A stretch of 64,000 nucleotides of DNA, from positions 39,868,001 to 39,932,000 of the forward strand of contig NC_045696.1 in assembly GCF_009834535.1 (NCBI RefSeq). The letters are read 5' to 3'. The notes beneath the pieces were generated by a model. The model saw only the letters and a program-made list of their open reading frames with translations. It was not told the DNA's origin and did no database searches. The stretch is from Camelus ferus (Eukaryota). Both the position numbers and the translations under genes were made by a program. The stretch's first letter is position 1, and each line of letters begins with the position of its first letter. Of the stretch, positions 1-12,420 are shown piece by piece.

Positions 1-1690
1 TCAGATATGCTAATATTTGTCTTATATTTTTAGGTGCTCATGTTGAGTGCATAAATATTTTTAAACGTTACAGCCTCTTGACAAATTGACTCCTTTATCA
101 TTATATAACTCTCTTTAGCTCTTATTACAACATTTGGGTTAAAGTCTATTTTGATTGATAGACATATAGTAATCCCTGCTTTCCTTCAGTTTTCATTTGC
201 ATGTAATATCTTTTTCCAATCCTTCATTTTCAGTCTGTGTAATTCCTTAAAACTTAGGTGAGTTTCTTGTAGGCAGCACATAACTGTATCTTATTTTATC
301 CACTCAGCCACTCTACAGTCTTTTAATTGGAGAATTTAGTCTACTTTCATTTAAAGTAATTATTGATAGTTATGAACTTACTATTGCTGTTTTGTTAATT
401 GGTTTCTGGTTGTTTTTAATTTCCTTGTTTCTTTCTTGTCCTCTTCCTTTGTGGTTTGATTACTTTCTCTAGTGGTGTGTTTTGATTCCTTTCTCTTACT
501 CTTTTATGTATAAATTTTGTTTTGGTTACCATGAGGCTTACAAAAACACCTTAAATTTATAACAGTTTACTTTAAACTAATAACAATTTAACTCAGAACA
601 TATAGAAAAGTAGTACATTTCTATACCTCCCAACATTTTATGTTTTTGATGTCACAGTTTATCTTTTGCATTGTGTATCCATAAATAAATTATTGTTTGT
701 TATGAATATTTTTGATACTTCCGTCTTTTAATCATTATACTGGAGTTATAAGTGATTTTCCCACCACCATTACAATATTAGAGTATTCTGAATTTAACTG
801 TGTATTTACCTCTACCAGTGAGATTTATACTATGTTTTTCTATTACTAATTAGCATCTTTTAGTTCCAGCTTGAAGTCCCTTTAACATTTTTTCTAAGGC
901 TGAATTAGTGATGATGAACTCTTTCAGCTTTTCCTTGTTCATAAATTTCTATCTCTCCCTCAACTCTGAAGCATAACTTTGCCAGATAGAGTATTCTTGG
1001 TTGGGAGTTTTTTTTGTTTTTTGTTTTTTTTAAGCACCTGAATGTATCATACCACTCCTGGCCTGTAAAGATTCTGTTGAAAATCTGCTTATCTTCTTGT
1101 GGGGGATTCTCTTGTGTGTAACGAGTTCTTCTTGCTGTTTTTAGATTTTCTCCTTGTGTTTAATTTTGACAATTTAATTATAATGTGTCTCTTATTGTGG
1201 GTCTTTTGTGATTTATGTTATTTCAAATTCTCTGTGTTTCCTATTTCTAGGTATCTGTTTGTTGTACCAGGGTAGGGATATTTTTAGTCATTATATTTTT
1301 TACAGAAGCATTCTGCCCCTTTCTGTCTTTCTTTTCTTTCTGGGATTTCTGTAATGCAAATGTCGATTTTCTTGATGCTGTGCCATAAGTCCCCTAAGCT
1401 ACCTTCACTCTTTTTCATTCTTTTGTTTTCTTTTTGCTCCTTTGATTGCATGAGCTCCACTGCCCTGTATTCCAGTTCACTGATCCTTTCTTCTTTGGAT
1501 CTAGTCTGCTGTTGAATCCCTCTACTGAATTTTTCAATTAAGTTGTTCTATTCTTCATTTCTGTGATTTCTATTTAGTGTTTTTAAACATTTTCTTTCTT
1601 TTTGCTAAAACTCTCATTTTGTTCATGCATGGTCTCCTGACCTCAGTGAACCCTTATGGCCATTATTTTGAACTCTTTATCTTTTACTCT
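1..1690 (-). mobile_element. Old L1 fragment: degenerate ORF1, inter-ORF region and start of ORF2 (endonuclease)
   Basis: The reverse complement of 350-370 (ctatcaataattactttaaa) encodes LSIITLN, the start of the ORF2 endonuclease. ORF1-like sequence lies at about 880-1680 (rc aaagagttcaaaataatg). Many stops and indels; continues off the left edge. Confidence 0.9.
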
Positions 1691-2764
1691 ATCAGGAAAA
1701 TCACTGGTTACTCAGGTGAGTAGGAAGATTCTGTCTAGGATGATCTATTCTATCTGGGATGATTGGAAGCTTTTGCTTTCAATGAGTTGAATGAAATTTT
1801 GCTGTTGATATCACATCTGAACCAAGTGAAATGGAATTGTGAGTGTTTAACTGATAGGAAGTTTCCACAAGAGATAATGAATCCATTTCAAATAATTAAA
1901 CAAAGTTTGACAGAATTTATAGTTAAACACTTTTAGAAGTGTTCCCAGGGACATAGAACTGAGAAATTTATCATGGCAATGAGATGGCCGTTGCCTGTCA
2001 ATAATTGCTAATAAAAGAAAAGATTCACATTTCAATTTTAAAGCAGTTAATCACTTTAATTATATAACCGACTCATGATGAAAAGGAAATGATTGTGATG
2101 ATGAAAAGAAAAACTATTCCCTGACATGACAGAACTGAAGTGTTAGGTCTGGGAGTTGGAGGCAGAGCATTTTCCCAGAGAAGTAACTGCCAAATGCTTG
2201 AGATTTGTTTTTATGAAGGAATATGGAAGGAGCTGCTATATTCTAGTTTCTAAGGAACTTTCATAGGGTGCAGAGGGTGGGATTCACATCATTGTTGTTT
2301 CATAACAAATATGCTTCTTTCAACTTTCTTTGCTAGGTAATAGGCATTTGCAAAGCACTGATTAAAAGGGGAAACCCCCCTATCCATCCCTGACATTTCT
2401 GCCCTCTTGGAGAAAATAAAGGCAGACTGTAGAGAAAGCCTGGAAATGATTGCTTCTTTCATGCTTTTCAGCTCAAGAGTGAGACACTTCCAACTGCTTA
2501 AAATCGGCACATGGTGGTAGATCCAGAAAAGGGCTCAGGGGGGCACCTGGCTCCCACACATGGAACAGGGTAATCCCACATCTGAGAAGGGAGAGCAATG
2601 CTTCTTAGCCACTTTGGATCAACCTTCAATTACTTCTTCCACTCAGCTTAGGTCACTGTCCTCTCTCTGTGTATTAAGGATTCTGTGCACATGATATACA
2701 TACCACACAGATGACACATAGCAGCAAAGAAAGAAGTAGCCCCCAGTAGCCTCAGTCGTTCTGG

Positions 2765-3520
2765 ATTCACTAGTTCATTCAGCAAATATTTATTGAATGT
2801 CTACTATGTACTAGATACCATGCTAGGCACGGATGCTGTGCTGAACAGGACAAACACATACAGAAAGACAATCTAGTGATGGAGGCCAAACCAAAATCCA
2901 ATACATAGATAAATTAAATAACAACAAATTTTTTATAAGATTGATGAATAAAATAAACAAGATACTGAGAAAGAAAACAATAGGAGAGAGGAGCAATAAT
3001 TTTGGTAGAAACATCAGGGGAGGCTTATCTATGGAGGTGGCATTTGAGATAATGTTTTATTTAGTTAAAACTCCAGGGATGAGAAGGAGATGACTACATG
3101 AAGACTGAGGAGTGAGTCAGATAGAGGGAAGGACATATGCAAAAGTCCAGAAATAGAAAACAGCTTAGTAAGTTCTTGAAAGTGAAAAGAAGGCAATGTA
3201 GCTGAAGCACTGTAAGGGGAGAGAAAGTCAGGGAAAGGTGAGACTGGACAAGTGGGCTGGGGTTGTCATGTAGGACCTATCAGGTTATCTTGTAGGGCAA
3301 TTTTATTTTAAATGCAATAGGAAGCCATTGAGGCCTTTTAAGCTGGAACTTAACATCATGCAGCTTCTGCTTAAGATCACTTGCTTCTGTGTAGGCAGAA
3401 GTTTGGAAGGAGACAAGAATGGAAGGATGTGGAACTGTTAGAAAGCTGTTGTGTCATCCAAGTAAGAGATGATGTTGGCCTGGAGTAACGAGGAGGAAGT
3501 GAACAGAAGTGAATAGATAT
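2765..3520 (-). mobile_element. L2 (LINE2) 3' fragment
   Basis: ttcattcagcaaatatttattgaatgtctactatgt...ctaggcac is the typical reverse-oriented L2 tail, followed by a purine-rich L2 body (gggaggcttatctatggaggtggcatttgag, ggaagccattgagg). Confidence 0.85.
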
Positions 3521-3639
3521 CGGTCAGGAAAAAAGACTATATTTTACATATGAAAAGAGACATGAAGATTACATCATGATGCATAAATCTAATTCTTGCA
3601 TATCAAACAATAATAAAAGTAACTTATAGGTCATATGGC

Positions 3640-3750
3640 AATACTTCCATTTTACAGATAAGTCTGAAACCCAGAGAGGAAAAGATTAGTTAGTGGGAGA
3701 CTCACTATCAATGCACCTCTTCTGATTTCCTCTTCAGTACTTTTTCCTTT
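3640..3750 (-). mobile_element. MIR fragment
   Basis: ccattttacagataagtctgaaacccagagagg resembles the MIR core. Confidence 0.6.
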
Positions 3751-4918
3751 ATAGAATATTGTGAATTATAAGAATATAATTATGGTATATTCATCTATTT
3801 TTAGTTGTATATATTTTAAAATATAGATGGCTGTAGCATTGGGTAAAACTGATGAGATCTATTTGTCCTGAATACTGTATTCATAAAGATGACTGGTTGA
3901 GGATAAAAACAATTTTGGGGGGTGCAGGGGATGGAGGACCAGCCTTAGAAGTATTTAGGTGGTTTAGAACAGCACAGTATACACTAAGCTTAACTTCTGA
4001 GTACCAAGAAAAGAATATTTAGTGGACTATACATGCATATTTTTAGGCTTTTTTGCAATGTAGTATCTAAATTAGCAGAATATATGAATAGGTTGAGAGA
4101 AAGTTTAGACAATTAGACAGAACTGCCTCCCTTTTTGGGACTCCACGTGTCTTTGGCTTCTCCCTACTCCTGGTAGTTAAGCTGGAGAAATAGCCGAAGT
4201 GGCAAGGGTAGATACAGTGAGTGCTTGATGGAATCTCAGAGGTGAGGCTAGCATCTTCCTGGGCTAATGAGCTAAATGAATGCTGAGTTTGTAGATTTTC
4301 CTCACTAAATACAACCCTCTCCCCTCCACTGACCAGGCACTTTGTCTGAAATTTTCAGAGCACAAACTTTTCATATTAGTGGTTATGTTCTTTTCTTAAT
4401 CTGTTCATGTCTGCCTGCCGCACCCTAGTACTCTGCTTTTTTGTAAGTGCCTGATTCAATTGAACAAATCTCTTCCTTTAACTTAAGATTTAAGTAGACT
4501 CGGTACAGTTTGCCCTTGTCATTAAAAAAAAAAAAATGAATTAGACAAATGGCAACCTGGTAAAGTGAAAAGGAAAAGAAAAACAAAAAACAAAATCCTG
4601 AATCATTTATGATTTTATGATTTGCTGTGATCTTTGTTATCAAAAGAATTTTTTGGTCAATCACCTGCTCATTATTTTCAGAGATCATAGATTCATACTT
4701 ACCTGCTTTCAACTCAACTTTGAGAAAATTAAATCAAAATATCCTGCCACAATCACAGAGGAAAGTTGATACTGAAATTGAAAAAATCTCAAATTCCTAG
4801 GTAACTTGCACCTTAAGATATATTCCCATTTCCCTCTTTTCTTGTTGCATCCCCCACATTATTTCTTATGCAATAAATAAAGTCAGACAGATAAAAGATA
4901 TATGAGAAGGTGCACTAG

Positions 4919-5572
4919 TGAAGGAGAAATAATAAAATGGCTGCACTTAGGCTAACAAATTCTTGGCTTTCTGCTTACTGCTTGCTTTTAGAACGATCAG
5001 CAAACCTGACTGACCGGATACTGCTTCTAGCCCCAGGGCCACAGTTAAAACTAAAATTATTGATGCTACTGTTCAATTTTACCCTACTCTGATAATTAAA
5101 ATTTACAATCATGTTTGGCGTCTGAGTCTTTCCCCAGGAAGGGAGTCACGGGAGGATAACCTTAGGAAAATGACCAGACCCCCTACCCCTGCCACTGAGT
5201 TCCTCCATAGCGCCAGAGGAGTCTGACCAGATAAAGAAGGTCACGGGCTGATGACCTACTAGACCACCAGGAGGTCCCATGACACCAGACACTCATCAAG
5301 ATTTAGGTGGAAGTTTCAGCAGAGACCCTTGTTGATCATGACCACCTTTTAGGCTCCCACCTGTTGTTATCACCTTTCATGCTCCAACCTGTTCATCTAT
5401 ATAATCACTAAGCCCCAGCCCCAAGATGGGCTCACAGTTTTGAAGGCACTAGCCTACTCTGAGGCTCCTTTGCCCAGCAATGCAATGAAGCTGCCTCTTT
5501 TCTTCTAAGCTCTAAGACCTTGTCTCTGAGTTACTCAGCTCATCAGGGACAGGGGTGGAGCTTTCAGCAACA
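4919..5572 (+). mobile_element. Solo LTR, probably ERV1 class
   Basis: TG...CA termini (tgaaggag...cagcaaca). Flanks ctag (4915-4918) and ctac (5573-5576) fit a 4-bp TSD with one mismatch. TATA-like ctatataa near 5397, degenerate poly(A) signal gcaatgaagc near 5482, higher GC than flanks. Confidence 0.8.
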
Positions 5573-6184
5573 CTACGTGGAAAGAAATATAGATGAGAAA
5601 ATAATCCTATTTCATTTATTAGCTTCAAGTAGGTTTATATAAATCCATCACCATGTCCCACGTAAGTCTTGCAGGTTTGGTATATATCTCCTCATTAAGT
5701 AAATTGGATGCATTTAGTTTGTTTCAGTTTACATTAAGTTCCAGGCAAGATCAATTAAATTTATCTAAATTTTAGTGAAAAAAGACATGGTAGTCTCTGT
5801 AGATTAATGGTATTATAAATTAATTTCATTTCTATTTTTATATCTACAAGAAAGGTTACGGTGTTCAAACATGAGGTAAAACACAATGCTTAATCTAAAA
5901 CATTCAGGAAGTGTGTGATAATTTAAAACTAAGCCTGATGGAACAGTCTAGTTCTTCTAGAAAATATTTCTATAAGTGACCCAGTGATGAAGATTATAAC
6001 TAGTAGAGACTTTTGAAGAGCTAATTAAAATAAAACAGCTGTAGGAATTATGTGAAAATTTGGTATGGATTGGTTTATAAAGCGTTTTAACATTTTGGCT
6101 AAGAGGCAGTATACACTTGAAAAACTAGTGAAAAAAGGAGGCACTTGACAATATTTGCAGTGATTTACTTCTTTGGAAAAAAGA

Positions 6185-6474
6185 AGAAACCCTAACAGAA
6201 GCAAGTAAGGCTAAATGTTGACATCTATTTTATCTTGCTGGTGGCTATATAGGTGTCTGTTATATTTTTTTCTATTTGTTTAAAATACTTTATCATTAAA
6301 ATTTTTAAGGGTGGGATTGCTGTCACCACCTTTTTTTTTTTTTTTAACTTTTAGAGACACACACTGAAATATATTGGGATGAAAGGACATATTTGGGATT
6401 CTTTGAAATACTTTAACATTAAGAGTTAAAAAAGATAAATAGAACAAGTGTGGCACAATCTTGATATAGCATTG
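6185..6474 (+). mobile_element. Old L1ME-like 3' UTR fragments (host of the following LTR)
   Basis: aagcaagtaaggctaaatgttgaca and gaacaagtgtggcacaatcttgata resemble L1ME 3'-end motifs. The sequence resumes after the LTR (gttgattccagatgataag). Confidence 0.55.
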
Positions 6475-6906
6475 TGTGAAAGTAAAGAAGTACCTCATTT
6501 TAAATGTAGTCTGGAAGCCCTGAATGGGGAGCTCTCACGCATGTACCTTCTGCGGCAGCTTATCTGACACTCCTGGGCAGGATGAAACTTACTTTACTAC
6601 CTCAGCAGGAGGAAGGAAGATTTTCTCCTAGCCCAGTAAAGGCCCAGCCAATAAGAAACTGCAGCAACTCAGCCATGACCACCCTGAACTTCTGCTTTCC
6701 TACAATGGACTTATGTTCAAAGCAGCCCTTCCCAACTTTCTTCTTTTCTCTGTAAAGTAACCCTTCCTCTCCTGTGTTCTCTGGACTTGCCTATGCCTTG
6801 CTATAGTTTGCATGTCCTGAATTGCAATTCCTCTGTCACTCCCAAATAAACTTTTTTTTTTTTTTTGCAGGTAAAATAACTGGCCATTTTATTTTTAATG
6901 TTGAAA
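6475..6906 (+). mobile_element. Solo LTR, probably ERV1 class
   Basis: Starts tgtgaaag and ends gttgaaa (decayed ...gttgaca). Flanks attg/gttg fit a 4-bp TSD with one mismatch. CCAAT motif (cagccaataag) and AATAAA near 6845. Confidence 0.75.
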
Positions 6907-9509
6907 GTTGATTCCAGATGATAAGTTTACACACACATCAATATTTTAAAATGAGAAATAATACATTATCTTAAAGCTGTTTCGATAAGGATGCTTAGAG
7001 GAACTCAAAAAGGAATTAATAATAGATGAATTAGGAAGATTAATTAATGTACATTCTTTTATACCAATTCTGTGTTTCTAAAAGTTTTAATTTATATCAA
7101 ATGTCCAAAATGTTGGGCTGGTTCATTATTGATGAGCAGAGAGTAAGACTACTAACAAGTTAGATTCCTGGGAAATCCCAGCTCTCTGCTTGTGTAATCC
7201 CTACTGGTTTGCTCTACTGTTCCTAATCATTGTTTAAGTCATTCCCAAACTCTCTTTCACCCACCTGCTCCCTGTAAATGAAGACTGACCCTGAGAGTCA
7301 CCCTAAGCTAAATTCTAGGGGAAAAATGAATAAGAGAAGGAGTTAATGAAAGTTAAGTGAGGAACACTCTGAAAAGTTCATTTGAAATTGAAAGGATGTG
7401 AGGACACTCTCAGCAGAATACAGTCCTGGAGCTGGTGAGCAAACATTTGCCACATCAACATCTATGACTAATAAGTAGTTGAAATTTACTTATCAAAGCT
7501 CATCTAAATAACCATTCTTTTTCATTTATGTGCTATTTCCTTATTTCCTCCTGTAAACACACTTCACATAAGTAGTCAAAGTAATGTGAAGTTAGTTTAG
7601 TTCTTGGAATTTTTGTTAAGAAAATATTTTCACATAAAATGAAAAGACCTCATTATTTGGAAATTAGCACACATCTTTTATCCTGCCCAAAAGGCAGGAT
7701 AAATCCTTTATTGTGTTTCCTTAATTTTTCCTATGTCCTGTATATTTTGGACTTGACAGCAATGCGTTGTATCCTGTGTTGGTGTTTCTGTTTTGGTTAA
7801 CCAGACTAGGTTCAGGATTCAGGACTTTTAGCGCCCATCCCAACGCATGTTAAATCAATTATGGAGGCACAGGGTAGACGTGAAAACATTTCTACCCAAA
7901 AGGCCCTGCTAAAACTGTTAGATTCAATTAGGTACAAATTCTGTCTTCAGGATCAGAGTTTTATATTCCAAGCCAGAGCTCACTTCCCTTTGTTCGTCCC
8001 TATACCCACACATGCATTTTGCTACTGAGGCCCTGTTTCCCCGCCATGCTGTCTAGCCCTGGAAAGACACAGTAATTCACAGCCCTCCTTCTGAGAAGTT
8101 GATTACATTCACCAGTTGGGTTTGGAAGAATTCTGAAGGCTTCTTTTTAGGGGGGTGGGTAGTGAGAGAGGGCATTTTTTGTTGATTACTACATGAGAGA
8201 TTTAGGTTTTAAGTTTTATTTTCATACCAGGGTTGGGTTGTCGAGCCGGAAATCGAATTAAAACTGGCACGTCTCTGTGGCTTCATTTGCTTTTCTTCCC
8301 GCCATGGGACAAGCTGGCACCAAAGCCTTGTTTTGAAACCCTGAAATACAAGCCTTAGACAGTCAGTGCCAGTAGTGCGAGTTGAAATTGCTTGGTTTGA
8401 ATTTCCATATGATTGTGGGGACCCAAACAGAAAGGCTGAATGGAGTTTGTCTCAGCAGCCAGTAGAGTATCTTCTTCGGGAAGGTTGGTAAAGATACAGA
8501 CACTGTCTTACAAAATGTTTAAAAGTTAAACTTGTACCAGTCCTTCCTCTGCTGTGTGTAGAGAGAGAGTATCCTGCTTATGGGAGAAATGAATAGATGT
8601 GTAAAGGCCAAAAGGAGAAAGTGAGAGTTGCTGTTTTGAAGGAGAGTTTTCAGGGATTTTGTAAAAGGAACAGAGGAAATTTGGGCAGCTGAATTTGTTC
8701 AATGTGGGACATTGTGAGAAAAATGGATAGAGAGGATTTTAGAGACATTTTTGCTATCCTCTATGAATGGAATTTTCTTTGGAAACACTTTGAGAAATTT
8801 AACCAAAGATTTAAATTGCTTTTAACTGCCTCCTCCACCGTTTTTTAAAAAAAGGTTAGACTCCTTTAAAATGGCGTGCTTAAGCACTTGTGACATCAGT
8901 TTGGGCTTGTTCTCTTAGTAAGTTGCACAGTTCACCTAATATCCTAGCTTTATCTTCAGGAAGAGTTTTGAAACTCTCTTTTCATTAATTTCTGTTCAAT
9001 ATTAGATTTTGAATTTGGAAATATCTCCAATCCAAATCAATGTAACAGGAGATTTAATTATTTCTCTTCATCATTTTTTATTCAATATTAGATTTTGCAA
9101 TTGGAACTATTTCCAAATTCAGGCAGTATAATGTGTTATTGATTAATAGAGGGGTCAGAACTTGTTAGGCTCATTGTCATTGCAGTCCAGTGGACTATTT
9201 ATATACAAAAGTGAAGATCAGGTAAGAGACAATGTAAAGACACTTGCAACTGTGAGGTTCCTTGTAGGCATCTTTTCTTTTCTTTTTTTTCCCCTCAGCA
9301 ATACTATATATTAGAAGCATCTTTAAAATACTTCTAATATTTCACAGACTATGGAATGTAGAAGGGAGACATACAGAGAGGAGACCGCGTCTGCATCTAT
9401 CACATGGAAATGATAATCAACTAGATTTTTCAAAATGCTTTGAATCAAGTTTAACTGGAAGAATGAAATGGGAGTACAGTCAATGTGCTTTTAAAGACTC
9501 CCTTCCAGA

Positions 9510-9737
9510 GTAGGGAGGGTATAGCTCAGTGGTAGAGTATATGGTTAGTGTGCATGAGGTCCGGGGTTCCAGCCCCAGTACCTCCATTAAATAAATAAAT
9601 AAATAAACCTAATTACCCTCTCGTCCCCCCCAAAAACTAAAAAAAAAAAAAAAAAAAAAAAATTAGAAAAGGCTTAGAGAGGATCTGAGAACTATGAACA
9701 GCTTGTGAAGTCTTAAGGAAAAAAAAAAATCCAAAAA
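9510..9737 (+). mobile_element. tRNA-derived SINE (camelid vic-1-like) with compound tail
   Basis: A-box tagctcagtgg, B-box-like ggttccagccc, (TAAA)n, A24 tail, then 56 nt of unique sequence and a second A-rich tail. TSD aaagactcccttccaga (9493-9509) / aaagattcctttccaga (9738-9754), 15/17 identical, at a tttt|aaag site. Confidence 0.92.
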
Positions 9738-10424
9738 AAAGATTCCTTTCCAGATGAATGGTCTCTGGGATCAACACTTCCAGTTTGGCTCAGGTAGGAA
9801 TTTGAGAGAAGGAAAATGGATTTTTTGTATTTTTTATGGAATAATTTTTGTTTGTTTTTGGCCCTGAAAAGACTTAGCTAACATACACAGAAGCACAAAT
9901 GTTATATTTTAGAAATGTGATAAAAGCTCATTTTTTCCTTAAAAAAACCCAACCCCTCCCCAAACAAATAAAAACTTTTCAGTTTATCTACTAGACAATA
10001 AAATTGGATTAAAAAGCCTTTTATGAATGGAGGTCTTGGTGTGAAAATGTGCAGCTTCTGTTTAGTGCCCTTCAGCCTGTATACCTTTTATCATTATTTC
10101 TTATGAGGTATATTTGAAGATACATAGGACAAAACAGACAACTGATAGGAGTGTGAGCCTTGGACCAATTATACCTCACATGATTTAACAAGGAGTGGCA
10201 CTAGCAAACCTTTCATATCAAGGAAGCTGAAAGACATATACCATAGTGTGCCAGATTTGAGAAATAGGAATGTTTGTAATTCCACATCTGTACTTAATTT
10301 TAGTAAACTTCCCTGGTTATACAAGTCTTATGCAGTGTACATTCTAGTTCGACCTCCATGCAAAGCACAGAGTTGTTGGTTTATTCTAGTCTGGATGTTT
10401 AGTTAATAGCTTTTGGAGGAAAAC

Positions 10425-10987
10425 AGCTTAACCAGGCACTGGAGAATGTGATCATATTTGGGAAAAAGTTAAAGACATTAAATATGATTAAAATATGTTT
10501 TTAATCAATACATTATAAAAACTATGATGTTTAAAAGTAGAGTGAAGGAAGAGAGTTTCTGTTTATTTAGGCATTAATGTAGTCTTGCTTTCCACATCAG
10601 TCCACAGAGAGGAAATGGGAAAGGAGTGAAAGTCACATTAATCATGCTTAGAGTGAGTCTCAGGCTAGGCCCAATTTAATTTCTGCCCTTGAGAGATAAT
10701 ACCATAGTTAAACTACTCAACTTTTAGGTGAGTTCAGACTTTAATGAATTTCAAAATCAGAAGATTTCTGAGAAGTATTAAGGCTGAAAATGAAAATTGT
10801 CCTATTGAACTGAAGAAAATAAAGCCAAAGAATCGTAAGTTCCAGGAATTGAAGTGACCTTCAAGCACAAGACAGGCCTCACCCCCAATTCCAGAAAAGA
10901 CTATGCCGAGCTCTTACTCACAGCTAGGTGTCTACCCAACTCTAAAAGCTTAACCAGGCACTGGAGAATGTGATTATATTTGGGAAA
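10425..10987 (+). repeat. 41-bp direct repeat, two copies 522 bp apart
   Basis: agcttaaccaggcactggagaatgtgat(c/t)atatttgggaaa at 10425-10465 and 10947-10987; one mismatch. Confidence 0.95.
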
Positions 10988-11384
10988 GAATTCTATTTTG
11001 TTCTTTACTGAATAAAAATTATAAGGGTTTTTCTTTTTTAAAACTTGAATCCTTCCTACTTTAAGCACAGTTCACGGTTAGGTAGTCATCCATCCTGGTA
11101 TGATTCTGAGACAGCACACAGATAAGAACACAGAATCACCTGACATTATTATAAATGTACCAACAAAATTGAATTGAGTGGAACATTTTTCAGTTTTGGA
11201 ACTCTTTCTCCCTCCCAAGTGATGCACTATTTTGCTTGAAAGGGTGTCAGAAATATAAGAACCAATGCATTGATTAATCTCTGCCACCATGCCTCTGAGA
11301 TAGTTGAGGATCAAATGACCCAATAGATGGAAAAGTGTTTGAGAATCTCAAAGCTACATTCAAGATGTGAGAGATTATTTCAGT

Positions 11385-11522
11385 GGCTCTGACCCTGATG
11401 TACTATATTATGTTAGACCAGTCATTAAACCTCACTAGGTCACTATGGCTTCATGAGAAAATGAGGAGGTTGGATTAAATGATATGTAAGATCGCTTCTG
11501 GTTCGAACATTCTATGATTTCA
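11385..11522 (+). mobile_element. MIR3/MIRc-like SINE fragment
   Basis: aaaatgaggaggttggattaaatgat...aacattctatgatt is the typical MIR3 3' end. Confidence 0.65.
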
Positions 11523-12420
11523 AGGTGTTTGCTTTTCAATTAAGTCAAATCTGTTAAAAAAAAAAAAAGAAAAGGGAAAAAAAAAAAAAAAAAGATGATC
11601 ATCCCGAAGGTAGATAGCCCTGAAACTGGGTCTTAAAGCCATGGGTTTGAAAATATTTGTTCAGTGGATATTTCTTTCTTTTTAAAAATAATTCTTGTTC
11701 TCTTACCACCTGGGTTATTTAGGGTACACCTTTGGAATCTTGTACACCCTCCTACCTCAAAGTAAAGCCAAAGTTTTCTAATTAAGAAGTTCCAATTATA
11801 CACCAAACATAATCAGAAGGATCTGGCAGAACATAATGCCCACAGTGTCCAGAACTTTCACATTTTATGCTGGTTTGGGAGATTGGTTTTTGTTAAGTAT
11901 TTTCCAACATCTCATTGCTCTTAATTGAACCCTGAAGGCTTTTCTTGGCAATTGATTTCAGGCTTCACTATGTCTAAGAAGGCCCCTCCGTGTGGGTAGA
12001 AGCAGTGTGCTATTAGAACCCTTGATTTCTCTCTCAAGGTTCTGCTTAGGCAAGCAGAGACCATCTCCTGCTGCTTGATTGATGCCCAGGCAGAATTTTC
12101 CAAGATGGAGGTTGTTGGTGCATAGGGTTTAAACAAACCCCCAATGGCTGCCAGGGAATGTGGTTTTGAGACGGAGGTTATATATTCCCATCTCCGTAGT
12201 CCTCTTAGGGTCACTTCTGTTCTCTAGAAGGTAAAAGGAGTTGGCTAGCAAAATCGAGCAAATTAGTGAATGATGGTATTTTACCTCTACTGAAATTCAT
12301 TAATATTTTTTAAGATATGCAAATTGATAATCTGAAAACTCTTCAGAGGTCTGACTGGTGACAAAGTTTAGCTTCTGCTGTCTTTGTGCTTTTCTCTCAT
12401 GAGGCCAGAAGTGGCTTCTT

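Noticed and set aside
4703..4771. Minus-strand exon candidate with strong donor CAG|GTAAGT
   Set aside because: Stop codons in all three frames and no supporting neighbouring exons; cannot be supported as coding.
7677..7703. Perfect 11-bp hairpin tttatcctgcc-caaaa-ggcaggataaa
   Set aside because: One such stem in 64 kb is not far from chance. It is too short for a pre-miRNA, and intrinsic terminators are irrelevant in mammalian DNA.
9513..9585. tRNA gene (also at 63264-63335)
   Set aside because: A and B boxes are present, but the (TAAA)n/A tails and TSDs identify both as tRNA-derived SINEs.
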